Of a stretch of DNA of 64,000 bases, positions 40,536-54,165 are shown in pieces. The notes under the pieces are model-generated. The model made no database searches and had not been told where the DNA came from. It saw nothing but the letters and a program-made list of their open reading frames with translations. Each line of letters opens with the position of its first letter. Position 1 is the stretch's first letter. Both the position numbers and the translations under genes were made by a program. Source of the stretch: the human T2T-CHM13v2.0 reference genome, Homo sapiens; assembly GCF_009914755.1 (NCBI RefSeq), contig NC_060935.1. One strand, 5' to 3'.

Positions 40536-43500
40536 AGTAACTTTATTTCTTTTTCAGCGTACTCAGAACAGATTAAGACTACAAGAAATCCCTGAATACA
40601 CAGACACATTTAAAGTTCTTGGAGACCATCTGGTCCCTGGAAGAATTCAAGACTTGATTTCTGAGCACATAGAAGAAGTCTGAGGCTAGGCAGGTTTTTT
40701 CTGGGATCTGGCAGGGACCCAGCCAGGACATGGTGTAACACGGGCAGTGGTATTCCAAGGACAGGGTGATGGGAGCAGTCTACGCTGGTAGAAAAGATGA
40801 TTTTATCACTGGCTTTAACAAAATTATTTTTAAGTGGCAATCTTCAACCATATGTGCTGCTACTTCCAGCAGTCTCTTCCAGGACTGCTGATTCAGCATG
40901 GCAAACTTCCCCAAAGCATCCAAGGCCACAGTGCCAAGTGGCAAGCATCCCTGTGCCCCCAAAGATACCATACAACACAATATATACCCAGCTTCAATAT
41001 GGCAAGACTGGGCTCTGCTTCACGGGAAGCTCAAAGCCTCATCACAGGAAACTCATACATTGCTACTGACAGTATAAGATTATACAACCCCTATGGAGGG
41101 CCATAGAACAAAACTGCCTACATTTTCACCTTTTGACTCAGCAATTTCACATTAGAAACTTACCCTGAAGATACATGTCCTAGATATCCATGCAATGAAT
41201 ATCATGGATATTAATTATCAGTAAAAAATAATACACTCTACGGTGCTTAGGGGTGAGGTGTCACAATGTCAGTAACGAACTCTCAAATGAATCAGAAAAA
41301 AAAATGGATGGATAGTTGAACTGAATGAATATAGATGGATGGATAGAGAGCAAAGGATGAATGGACAGAAATGAATAATGACAGAGATAAATGATTGATT
41401 GACTGATAGCACATGCAACGTGAAATAAATAAAGCAAACATGGTAAAATTCTGAAAACTCATGAATCCAGATGATAGAAAGATAAGTATTCACTTCCCTA
41501 TTCTTGCACTTTAGGTTTGAAATTTTAAAAAATAAAATGCTGAGGAAAATTAAACCAAATTACTTTGTTCTTAAAAGACTGAGGGACCATGGGCCAAGGA
41601 CCTCATGAAACTATAGGATAAACTTACGGCATTTCCCAAAATTGAAGTGAGGCTAAACTGAATATTACTGAGCAGGAAGCAAAATAGCCATGAAGTTTTA
41701 AAATAAAACTGCATCAACCAGTCACTTGAAGCCACTTGAAGCTTGAACCCTAGAGCTTACATTTATTTTCCTTAAATATTAGAGAGTATTTAGGGAAAAA
41801 TTTGAAGAAGCCATCTTCATTTCCACACCTTTTAAGCTATCTAACTCCTTGCATGAGATTTCCTCTCTTTGAACCTGATTTCTCCTTTGAGAGAAATGGC
41901 ATTAACACTTATCACACACTACTATTGTGAGAATTAAGTAAAATTAAGAGGTATGTAAACATGAGGGATGCATGGCAAATGCATCACGAGTGTCTCTTCT
42001 CTTCAATTTCTTTCTACCAATAGTGTACCTAAGAGACCAGCTAAAGGTCATTGGCAAACCTAAAACGATGTCCCATTCCCCGAGATATTCATTCGTGCAT
42101 TATTCATTTACTTAGCAAATATTTAGCAAGGACCTAATTTTATGCCAGACTCTACAGTGATGAACAAAACAGGCAAAAATCCCTGCCCTCCTGGATGTTG
42201 GAATTTAATCCCCTGCTCTTTCCTCCACCACTCCCTGTCTCTTACTTGACTAGTTGAGCACCGTTTTGGGTGTTCCTGAGAACAGGCCTCTGTTTCTCCT
42301 CTTCCCCCATGAGATAAGGCAGCAGCTGAGACCACAGAAGTAAATGATTGCTTTGAGTTTGTGTGAAAACAAGGCCACACTGCCCCACTTGAATCCTGCC
42401 CATGGCAGGATCAGGGCTAGCCAATAGCAGGCTGTCAGCACAGCTAAAGCAGTCCTTCCTGAATGTCTGCTTTGAGACAATGAGACTCTTTTAAGCCAAG
42501 GCACCAGTAGCTAATTTGAGTGTTTTTCAAACAAACTTTGTTGAAATTATAAAGCAGCACTTCAGAACAGTTGCCCTGGGAAAAATGGGAGTGCAGTTTA
42601 CACAGTGTTCATACACACAGAGCCAGGGTGTGCCTCAAGTTAAATGAACCCATCTGGGGAGCAGATCGGCCCTGATCATAATGAGCAAATCAGCCCATGA
42701 TAAAAATAGCTGCACTCACATGCACTTATAATAAAGTAGATCTCAAGGATCTCAAAGCACATTATAAACAGATAGGTAAGTAGTGAGCCAACAGAAGAAT
42801 CCCTTTATGTTCAGTCCAACATTCTATATGGTTCTGTAGCTAAGAAGAAAGGTTATGTTTTTCTCTGTGTGACACAATGGATCCAGCTGGAATAGCTCCT
42901 ATGGAGAACATAGAAAATCTTGTACTCATTATAAAATCACAATTATCATAATAATATTAACTTGGTACCAAAGTAATTGCTGTTTTTGCCATTACTTTTA
43001 ATGGCATTAACACTATTACTAACCTAATAACAGATTTCTGCATTAAAACCATACTTGTACTTTCATTGTCTCTTTTGAGCCTCACAACGGCCCTTTAAGA
43101 TAAGCAGAATAGGTATCATATCTAATTGAACAGAGAAAGAAACTGAAGTTCAGAGAGGGTAAGTGCCTCATATAAAGATGCACAGCTTTTTAGAAAGAAG
43201 TAGCATAAAAGAGACATGAACAGTTTTTATGCTAACACTGGCACTTTTTTGCTCTCTTTGCTATCTTCAAAAACGATCTTCTTTCTCTGTTGGTTACAGA
43301 GTCTGAATCCTCAGAACCTCAAAGTGGCATAGGCTGGCATCCAAGCCTGTTGTAGAATTCTTTTTAATGATTTCCATTTTTTTACCATAAAGAGCAATGC
43401 TTTGGTTTTGAGGGTGTTACTATAGAACTGTCCATAAACTTGATCTTTTGGTTGATTTATGACATTGTGGAGCTGGAGAATGTTCATTTCTTAATTTAAA

Positions 43501-44959
43501 AGGCGTGAAGGATCCTGAAGAAGAGAGATTCAAAGTGGGACAACTGTGATTCCAAAAATCAAGCCCTTGTCCGTGGGAGAAGGAAAGATCAACGTGCTTC
43601 TTCAGTCTGTGATGAATGCTTTGATGTTCTTTCTCCCACTGCTTTTATTGAACTAATACATGTTTGCCTCTTTTTCTTGCCCATTAACTGACTGTATTCC
43701 CACTTCCTTTAGGAACACTGAATTATTCAGTTCAGAGTTCAGTGCCTGGCGATTGCATGTGCTCACTGAACATTGCTGAGGTTGAGTAATATGCTGACTC
43801 GGAGATAAATAAATGATATCAGTAGCTAATATTTACTTCGGGGACATCTAGGTATTATCTTAAGCACGATACATGAATTAAGATATTTAATCTCTACAAT
43901 GGAAAGTCTATTAGGCATTAGTATAATTAGCTTCCTCTCTATTTTAGAAATGTGAAACTGAGGCACAGGAAGATTAAGGCACTTGTCCCAGTTCACAGCA
44001 CTAGAAGAAGCGATCCTGGATTTTGAATCCTGGAAATCTAGCTCTCTACAAAGAAACCACATGCTTAGGAATGGAGGGAGTTGGGCAGTGTGTTTTCTTT
44101 ATTTGTTTTGTTTCATTTCAGCAGCTCCTCATACAGAGAAAAGAAAGTTTTGTTCATCTCACATCTCCAGATTATCTAGTGTAGCCATCAGAAAATAATA
44201 AGTTCTTGTGAAAACTTCAATAAATTACATGAAGACAAGATGGTTTTTGGCAGCAGGAAAAACTTATATAATACCTCTGACCAGTTTCAGGCTGAGAAAT
44301 AGGGATACTGGGATTTTGAAGGTCAAACTGCTTTGGCCAAGGGATACTGCCTTGAGTATCTTAAGTAATTGAATACACATATTTGAGTCACAGTAATCCC
44401 TATTCTGCTGCCCTGTTGAGAGACGATGTGAAAATGGCCCAGTTGTCTTAAAGATGGTGAAAAGTCCTAGAGGCACAATGCTGGCCCATGGAAGCCACTC
44501 CATATGGGTTTGGTGGATGGATTCATAAATGAATGAATGAATCATTCACCTTCAACCAGCAAAAGATGCCTGCTTTTCAAATAGTTCAGTGTGGGATTCA
44601 CACCTCAGAATCTTATCCTTAAAAGAACTTTGGTTTAAACACTTCTTTTTGTAATTGTTGTAATCTTCAGCATTACATCTGAGGCAAGGAATTTACCAAA
44701 TTTTCCACCAGGAAGCATTAAAATATGAGGGAGCCAGGGGAAGGGGGTGGGGAGTGGTTACTGAGAAGGGGTCAGTTCTCTGTGATGCTAGGACATTTGT
44801 TTCTGACTTTGGGAAAAAATTGAACATAGCTAACATATCCCCATATTCCGACTGCATCCAATCTGAAAAGGAACATTTTAAAGTTGCCAAGCATACAGAG
44901 GGCTTTTGCTAGGAAAGCTCTCATTACAAATACTTTCTGAGTCTTCCAAACAGTTTGCA

Positions 44960-45278
44960 CGCAAATACCTGAGACTGCGTAACTTACAATGAACAGAAAT
45001 ATATTGGCTCGCAGTTCTGGAGGCTGAAAAATCCAATATCACAGTGCCAGCATCTGGTGAGAGACTTCTTCCCATGTCATTACAGGGCAGAAGGCAATAG
45101 GATGACAGAGAGGGCTTGAGGGGACTGAACTTGCCCTTTTATAAAGGGACCAATCCCACCCATGAGATGGAGCCCTCATAGCCTAATCACCTCTTAAAGG
45201 TCCCACCTCTAAATACTGTTACTATGGCAATTAAATTTCAACATGAATCTTGGAGGGGGCAAACATTCAAACCGTATC
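44960..45278 (-). mobile_element. MaLR LTR (MST/MLT1A-like)
   Basis: GGCTC(G)CAGTTCTGGAGGCTG...CCTAATCACCTCTTAAAGGTCCCACCTCT...AAACATTCAAACC(G)TATCA. Confidence 0.8.
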
Positions 45279-46664
45279 ATCATGATATGGCAAAATGACA
45301 TTCTCTTAAATTTACTTAAAGTGCCAGGCAACTCCTCTGGACAAGCCCCTGACCTGCCCTCACCAAACTTCCAACCAGATTCTTGCCCCAAAACCTCACT
45401 TATACCGGAACTCTGGAGCTGTCAGGAATTTACGCCTAGGACCTACAAATACTCGGTGTGCATATGTTGGATTTATAAAATTCCCATTCAGAAATCATAG
45501 ACAGTGCAGGGGATTTCTGTTAATACCACAGCACCTAAGTTAATTTAATGTAATGCTGAAATTTGTGCTCATTCTTTCCTTTTGCAGATGGGAAACTAAA
45601 GCCTAAATAAGAAATTTGCCTGATCTTCCACAGATAATAATGGGGAAGCCAAAATATGATCTGAGCTTCAAAATCAGTTTCTTTCTTTGATTCTCTATTT
45701 TTATTAAAGAAACTGCCTTTTACATTATAAAAGTAAAATACTAATTTGTAGAAAACTGAGAAAGTATCACAAAAAATAAAGAAAATAATATTGAATAATG
45801 TTTTAATGCAAAGAGAAATAATGCCAATATTTTGGCATATTTCCTTCCAATCATATACTATCTAGTAAATACAATTTATTGACTAATTTTTTTCTTTTTT
45901 ATATGGCAAGCAGGAGTCCATGCCATTAAAAACTTCCTGTTTAGTATCTATATAATATTCAGTAATACATACTTTGTACTTTATTTTAATATCTATGTAA
46001 TATTGAGTATATACAGACTTTATTACATAGTAACACAGTCTTTATTGCTAAATATTTAGATCATTATTCTGATCTTAACAATTATAAATAATATTGAAAT
46101 AAATCTCCTTCTACATAAATCTTGAACTGAAAGACTGATAATTAAGTTAGTACAGATTCCCAAATGTGAGAATATATTTTTTCTATTTTATGTAGCCTCT
46201 TTCCTTAAAACTAAGACCCTTCCCCCCTCCACCACCCTGAAATTATTTCTCCTGCTTTGTTTATAAACCACAGAGCTGTTATTACAAATGTCTAGATCAA
46301 GGTATGGGAAACAGAGTGAAAGAGCTGGAGATTTGGAATCAGAAAATCTAGATCAATGCACCAGTTCACTTTTCACTCACAAGATGATCCTGGAATGTTA
46401 CCTGAGAGGCTTTCTGTCCGTGTTTTCTCACCTGGAAAATGGGGCACTAATAGCACCTCCCTCAAAAGATTGAACTGAGGCTTAAATCAGATCAAACATG
46501 TGACAACAGCTTTGTAAACCATCATGTGGTCTCGCAAACATCAGTTGTGATTACCTTTACGTGTGCTGACAGATTTAAACAGCTTTCAAAGGGAAATCAC
46601 AAGAGAGAAAAACCAGTTTATGTTGATGTGCTTTTTTGGTAAAATAAAGCCCAAACCTTTCTTT

Positions 46665-47111
46665 ATTTTATTTTTTTATTTGTAATGTTTTTGGGTACAT
46701 AGTAGGTGTCTATATTTATGGGGTACATGAGATGTTTTCATACAGGCATGCAATATGAAATAAGCACGTCACGGAGAATAGGGTATCTACCCTTGCAAGC
46801 ATTTATCCTTTGAGTTACAATCTAGTTATCCTCTTTAAGTTATTTTAAAACGTACAATTAAGTCATTATTGACTACAGTCACCCTGTTGTGCTATCAAAT
46901 AGTAGGTCTTAATCATTGTTTCTATTTTTTTGTACCTATTAACCATCCCACCTCACTCCCCCAAACCCCCACTACCCTTCCCACCCTCTGGTAACCAGCC
47001 TTCTATAATCTATGTCCATGAGTTCAATTGTTTTGGTTTTCAGATCCCACAAATAAGTGAGAACATGTGATGTTTCCCTTTCTGTTCCTGGCTTATTTAA
47101 CTTATTGTAAT
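46665..47111 (-). mobile_element. 5'-truncated L1MA 3' end
   Basis: Antisense L1MA 3' UTR with T-rich tail. Perfect 14-bp TSD CCAAACCTTTCTTT (46651-46664 / 47112-47125). Confidence 0.9.
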
Positions 47112-47721
47112 CCAAACCTTTCTTTTAAAAAAGTTTAAAAGAATTAAAAGGTCCTCGGGATAAATAATAGCTGTCCAAAGAACATTTCCCAAGTCCAAGT
47201 TGTGTCATCCTGGAGATTTTGAAAGCTTTTGCTCATATGTTGGATTAGTACATCTAAAAGTCTCTGATCACAGGCAAGTCAGAGACCTAATGAACCCAAC
47301 ACGCCTTGAGGCTGTGCAAGAGAATCACCAGGACCACAGCTTAGTCCCTCCTCTCTCAGGGAGGGCCACAACATGAGGCCAGAGTGTGATTGGCCTAGGC
47401 TCTTTACTAAGGAGCATTTAATGATGAAGGAGGATGCTTCCACGAGACTAGAGAACAGAGAGAGGAGAGGTGAAGAGCGAAAGAAGGAAGGAAGGTGGCC
47501 TAGCCTTCATCAAGGCACAAAAGATTCAGGACAGGCAAAGAAGTGAGAAGCTGGGAAGGTGCTCACTATGAGGTTTGTGAAGAGACAACTAGGCTCAGAA
47601 GTTTTCAGTGTAGGTATCATACTGCAATGGAATGAAAAGGGAGAAAGGCAGTCATTTTATGGTTCAATCAGAGGCGAGGATTAGAAATTTCAAGCATTAA
47701 TCCAGAAATCCTAGGGATTCG

Positions 47722-48048
47722 ATGACAATGAAATTTGAAGAAAAGTGTGGGGACAATGGGAGCATTGTAGGAAGGAATCAGTCATACCCGGGTGAGAAGC
47801 ATCAGCCAAAAGGAAAACCCATAGCAAATGGGGAAGCTGAGGTCTATGCAAAGCAGGAGGCAAATGGGAAATGCAGCACGCCCAGGAAAAGCCTCAGCAT
47901 GTACACCTGGCTGGAGATCCAGAGGCATAATCACGAGGCCGACCAGTGACTGGTCATCAATTGCAAGGTTTACAATGTCTCCAGCTGGGCCGACAGGCAT
48001 CCGGGTGGGCACCAGGTCCTCAACCACTGTGCTGGGGAAGATGCCATG
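47722..48048 (+). pseudogene. FADS2B: Coding exon 1: N-terminal extension + cytochrome b5-like domain, with premature stop
   Basis: MTMKFEEK...[49 protein letters not shown] vs FADS2 [50 protein letters not shown]. In-frame upstream TAA at 47698-47700. Donor ATG|GTAAGA at 48049. Start could be 47722 or 47728. Confidence 0.93.
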
Positions 48049-50914
48049 GTAAGAAACTCCAAGCTTTCCCCCCAACCCTCTCCGTCTTTCCCCCAGCTGC
48101 TGGGTGGCTGAGATCTTGGCTCTCCTCCCAAAAGCATTCCACAATCACTCATCTCCTCACAAACCAATTTTTCAGGATTCCTCTCTAGCAAAATTTTAGT
48201 AGTAAATTAAGCCTCAAGGTCTAGCTATGAGCTGCACCTGGTTTGGGATGAGTTCAGATGCTGCCAGTGAATACTATGTTTGCATATTCTGAGTTTTGTT
48301 TTGTTCTTGGTGGTTTGTTTTGCTTCGTTTTGAAGCTGAGTCACTGTCTTATAAGAAGAAAATGATAAATGTGTGAGTAAAATCTGGGAAAAAAAAGAAC
48401 ATCTGAACCTAAATAGAAATTTATAAGACTCTTACAAAGTTGACATTCAAAGATGTAAATAACATGTCTCACAGCCAGCAAGTAATGGTGCCAAATTTTG
48501 AAATCAGGTCGGTTTGATCCTAAAGCCTTAAATATCTGGATTGTAAAAAATAAAATAAAATTTCTACTTAATATTTGATAAAAATGTGTCTCAAAATCTT
48601 AAATGCCTTAAGGAATCTCTTTTAAAATATTCCATAAAGAAGTCAGTTTTCTCTCAATTGGGACTTTTATTTCCCACATTGTACAGACGAAGAAACAGAA
48701 TTAGAGGAACTAAACAACTAACTCAAGATCAGAAATTAATATATGACAGAATAGAAATTTAAATGCAGGCTTTTAAAAAGTATGTGGCTCCTGTTGGTTT
48801 TACAGTTTAGCATATAACTTCTTTAACTGGTTTTAAAGATCGGATTGAAAACATTATTTTGCTAAGTACCAGTCTATACATGGTACTGTACTAATAATAA
48901 CAAAATTCACAAATACCTGCAAGATTTCATCTTTTGATGCCATCTGCATCTCTTTTCCTCAATTCTTACTTTTCCCCCAATTTCTCATCCCTCTTGTCTG
49001 TCTAGGTTCCTGTTCTTCCTATCTTGTTTCTACAGTCAGATGAATACCTTTCTGAGTATGCCCTGCTACAGCCCCACCACTTCTCTCAGATATATTTCTT
49101 AAACAAAGTTCAAACTTTCCTTGGAAAATAAGCATAAGCTTGTACACAGTGCCCAGAAATCAGAGAGCAGAGGGTAGAAGAAGCAAGAAGAGCATTTGTG
49201 TAAGAACAACAGGAGACAAAAAAAAAAAACAAGAAGAAAATGTAAAACATACTACAGATGCCTATCTATCCCATCCCCTCATTTCTACAACTCAGAGAAA
49301 ATACAGATGAGGCTTTGCTAACACAAGTCACAGAATTAGCTCAGAGGATGTGTTCGCAAAGATGTGAGCCTTCAACCACCTTAAAAATAACTGATAGCCT
49401 CACTCAGTTTGAGGCAGCCCAGATAGATGATAAAGTTTTAATTTGCTAATGATTTTTATCTCCTAGAAGTCAGGAAAAGACCCTGAGTTTGTGTCCAATT
49501 ATAGCCAACAAGGAGGAATTGATTAATATAATAGAAACCATCAGAATCTTGTGGGAAAATACCCATGCCACCTTAGGATTTACCTATGTCTAGGAAGAAA
49601 ATCATAAATTGGTCAGTAACGTATCTTAGACTTTAGGAAAATAGATAAAAAATGTCCAGAGGAAAGATTCTCCTAGAGAAAATGGCTTAAGAAGGAACAG
49701 GGAGTGCTAGAACAATCCACAGTACTCCATGACTCAGAGTACAGGGAGCCTGAGCTTTGGAATAGGTTATGTGAACCTAGGAATGTTATTGGGATGTTCT
49801 GAGCCTCAGCTTCCCCAACTGCAAAATGAGGCTGACATTACCCACCTGAGTGATTTATGGCAAATAGAACCAACGCATGTAAAGTGCTTGGCATTAGTGC
49901 CAGATACTTAGTAAAAGTTCATTCAGTCTTATCTATTATCAGTCTTATCACCAGCATCTTTATCCTCAGAAATATAATTATTATTTCTTGTTTGTTCACC
50001 ACTAGCTTAGAAATCCTGTGTGATTGGGAACAGAGGGCTATATAATGAAGCATCATGCTTTCCAGTGAAGGAGGGAAGATCATAAAGTCAGGAGGCGTGA
50101 GATCAAATGCTCACCCTATAGCTTAAGAGACGTTTGCAGGTCGAGCCTCTGAGGGGCAAGTGTGAGCCAAAGTATTCTCACTGTGTGTCAGCCCCAGGCC
50201 CATGGCTGCACCTGCCCAGAGAAAGCACCCTTTTCTTATATACATCGTAATCTTCTGTAGGTCTCCATCATCCTCATAAAAGGTGAATGATGGTATCTAC
50301 GTAATCTATCCCAAAGGGTCATTAATTCATACATTCATGCAGTCAGTTATTCCAAAACTCTTGTTAGGGTTCCAGCCTCATGGGAATGAAACAGGTCTGC
50401 TTTGCATCTGGGCTCCACATTTACTAGGAATGTCCTGAGGTTCTTGAAGCCTCAGCTCCCTTATCTAGAAAATGAGGATAATAATACCTTCACCTTAGCA
50501 TTGCCGTAAAAGTCAGCAGAGATCAAATGAAGTGCTCACTGTGGTGCTTGGTACAAATTAGATACTCAAAACATAGCAGCTCTTGTATTTTATTATTACT
50601 TCAGTCTTCTGAGATGGGTTTCCATTTTCTCCAAGGAACTTTACTAAGAAAAATAAATCTATAAAACAAAATTGGTATATAAGTTCCTGTTATTGCACAT
50701 ATGATTTATCTGGTATTTTCAAACAATATGGTTTAAAACTAATGTCACTATGCTAATAACTAGAGTTATGGCCACATTCTTTTTATCTGTAAGAGCTCAC
50801 CTAGGAAAATCCAGAAACAACCTGTAAGTACAACAAGGAGGATTCATTCTATAGATTATAATTACAATACAATAAGCTATTTTGCAATCATTAAAATTAG
50901 GATTATAAAACATA

Positions 50915-51206
50915 TTTTTCTTCTTAGAGAAGGGTCTCACTCTGCTGCCTAGGGTAGAGTGCAGTGGCATGATCATAGCCCACTACAGCCTCCAACTCTT
51001 GGGCTCAAGCGATCCTTCAGCCTCAGCCTTCCAAATAGCTGAGACCACAGGTGTATGCCATCGCAGCCAGATTTTTTAAATTTTTTGTAGAGATAGGGTA
51101 TCACTATGTTGCCCAGGCTGGTTTCCTAATACCTGGCCTCAAACCATCCTCCTGCCTCAGCCTCCCAAAGTGCTGAGATTACAGGTATGAACCACTGCAC
51201 CTGACC
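50915..51206 (-). mobile_element. AluJ element in intron 1
   Basis: Antisense Alu with AluJ features (GGCATGATCATAGC, GGGCTCAAGCGATCC, CACTATGTTGCCCAGGCTGG). Confidence 0.88.
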
Positions 51207-54075
51207 TACAAAACACTTTGATGACAGTAAATATATATGAACAAATAGCTGGCCACAAATTTTGTATAAAACAACAGTATGTTCTGAGCTCCACGAGAAA
51301 CATAATTGCAATCTTATGATGCATTCAGAGAGGCAGCATAATCAGAACAAAGAAAGCAGTTTTATTATCTTGTGTGCTGTTTAGCACACTCCTTATTTCT
51401 GGACACAACACTCTAATAGAGAGACTAAGAAACTGAAGTTCTTTCTCATGAGAGTCAGAGTCCAACATGATGGGAAAGAATGACAAAATCTTATAGGAAA
51501 TATGGCAGGATCCATTTCAGCTCTTTGGAGGACTGGTATGTGGAAGAAGAAGAGTTGTGTGCAGCACCAAAAGAGGGCATTCTGAATGGTTTCAGATGAG
51601 CAGAGCCAGCAGAGGCAAGGCTGGGGCAGGGGAAAGGGAGGGTGTATACAGAAATGGAGTATAAATATGATTCATGGCATAAGCACCCCACCAGAATGGG
51701 CATCTCAGCCTGGACACTTCCTTTACTTAGCACAATATTGGCCGAAACTACATGCTAACTAATGGTAGTGGTTATGACAGAGGAATTCACTGGCTAAGAG
51801 AAAAGGAGAAGACAGATAGAAGATGAAGAGAGAGAAGAGATAGAGGAAGAGAAAAGAGAAAGCAGAGGGAGAGAAAGGATCTTGTGTGCTGAGCTAAGGA
51901 GTTTGCATTTTATCCTTACTGCATTGCTGCCTCTCTTCCTACTATACATGAGAATGTGTCCCTAGCACAGCATCCCTCCCACCTTCATCCTCACAACACA
52001 ATCACCTGGCATTTCTAAGCTGTTGGTAAAAGAAAAGTAATAATCAGTGATAATTACATCTTTCCTGCGTCATCAAAACTTTTAAAATTATCTGATTCTC
52101 GTGGAAATGATAGTTCTAGTTGTAAAATAGATGGAGGAGAGGAGAGAGAAAGAAGTTCAAGTGCTAAGAGATGAAAATGGGCCATGAGGAGACAGTGCCT
52201 TTCTGGAAGTTGAGTCTGGCAGTTAAGTGAAGGATGAAATCCAAAAGAGCCTCTCAAAATGAAGGAGGACCAGGGTGGAGTCCAGGGAACATGTTGAAGG
52301 CCCAAGCAAGGTGTTGGCTACAGGAATGGAGAAGAGGAGCTGGGTGGGAAGGATTTTTAGAAGACAGAATTTCTAATATTTGAAGAGTGACTTGATAAAC
52401 TAGCAGGATTGAGGAGTCTAAGCTGACTTATAGATATCGGGCTTGGGCAACTGAGTGGTGATATCTATTACAAGGAAGCCCAGGAGAATGCACAGGTTTG
52501 AAAGGAAGTGGAAGGGGAGGGGAGAGTTGATTTCATTTGGGCTGGAGCTCAGCTGAAAGCATTATAGAAAAAAATCTCAATATAAGGAAGAGTTTTCAAG
52601 AAACAAAAGTGTTCAAACAATAGAATGAGTTGCAGTGGGAATATAACCCTCTGCTTATCCCTATGGGTGAAGAGGAATCTGGTGACTTTCTGTGATCATT
52701 CCCACTCCAAAGCAGCTGTCTCCCAGGACAAGGGCAAAGATGCTTTCTCCACACAAATTGGCCTGTTCAGAACTCACTGTCCATCTGAAATTTGTAGAGA
52801 CTTGCTCTAGCCATTGCCTTAGGGCAGGTGAAATCTAAGAAGGAAACAGAAGAGGAATTACCCAAAGGTGTGGGAGCAGGAGTCTTCATCTGTGGCTAGA
52901 TATAGAAGAGTCTCGTGAGCTTTTTTTTTTTTTTTTGCAGTGAGTACACCAAGGTCTATATTCTAGTTATCTTGTTTTATGGATAACTTGTTTTATGGAT
53001 AACAACACTCTCTATGGATGGTTTCTAAATTTACGTTTGTTCCTTAGTAAACTTCTTTTGGGAAATTTCAACCCACCTCAAATGAACTAAGTGATAATCA
53101 TATATAATCATGGCCACTTATTGATGTCTGACTCCAAAATCTAAGCTCTTAACCTCTAGGCTGGGTCCTCCATAGGTTTTAGAATGACTGAATAAATGAA
53201 TGAAGGAATTAATGAGCTCATAGAGAGGATTAGGTAGTGTTATCTACATTTAGGAGAAATTAAGTAATTTCTGTGTGTGAAACAGCCTACTCCTCTGCTA
53301 CCCTATACTATGCCTTAGTGTGAATTAGGAAAGGCACACTCTCTGGGTGATTGCAGCCCTATAGGCACAAGGTTTGGCAAATGGAGTGTCCACTGGAAGT
53401 CAGGCCACACTTGCCATCTTGGCCGAGTGCCTTTGTACAGGTCACAGCCTGTATACAACATTTAAGTTGTAAAAACAGAATTTTATCTCACACCCTCTGA
53501 CTTTATATACTTTTCTCTTCCACTAGGGATCATACTGCTTTTACAGGAAAGCACATGACTCCATCTCCCACCAAATAACAGCAAAAAAATTAGCAGTTTA
53601 TCCAAGGTATTTGTGAAAGCAAAGCAGTAATCACATCTTCTCCATGCTGTTACTATTTTGGAAATAATCAGTTACGAGATGAGCTACGGTATAAATTTAT
53701 GAATAATTTAAATAGTAAAGATGATGATTGAGAAGGAAGCCAAAAGACTAACAGATGAAAATGTGAGATGCTGAAGTCACAAAAAGATCAGAAAATAGAG
53801 ATGCCGTGGATAGGAAGAGACAGCAGTGCTTAACACCTGTATACTTAGAGTGCCACACTTTGATTATCCTAATACTTTGTTATAGAAATGCTATATCTGT
53901 TCATTCATTCACCCTTTCCCTTATTTGTCAGGTGTCTATTGATCACATGCTATACTTTAGGCACAGTGATTGACATTAGGTATACATTAACCAATAATAG
54001 TACATGGTCCCAGTCTTTAAAAAACTCACAAACCACTAAAAAAAAGGGTGATTACACAGATTCATTATAATATAA

Positions 54076-54165
54076 GTATAGTATAGTATAGTATAGTATA
54101 GCATAGCATAGCATAGCATAGCATAGCATAGCATAGCATAGCATAGCATAGCATAGCATAGTATA
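54076..54165. repeat. Compound pentanucleotide STR (GTATA)5(GCATA)12(GTATA)1
   Basis: Direct read. Confidence 0.95.

Noticed and set aside
47947-47949. TGA as a selenocysteine codon
   Set aside because: The homologous residue is Trp, not Cys; FADS enzymes are not known selenoproteins; and no SECIS can be assessed because the 3' UTR is outside the window.
52971-53003. 16-bp direct repeat CTTGTTTTATGGATAA x2
   Set aside because: Simple two-copy slippage duplication with no supporting context.
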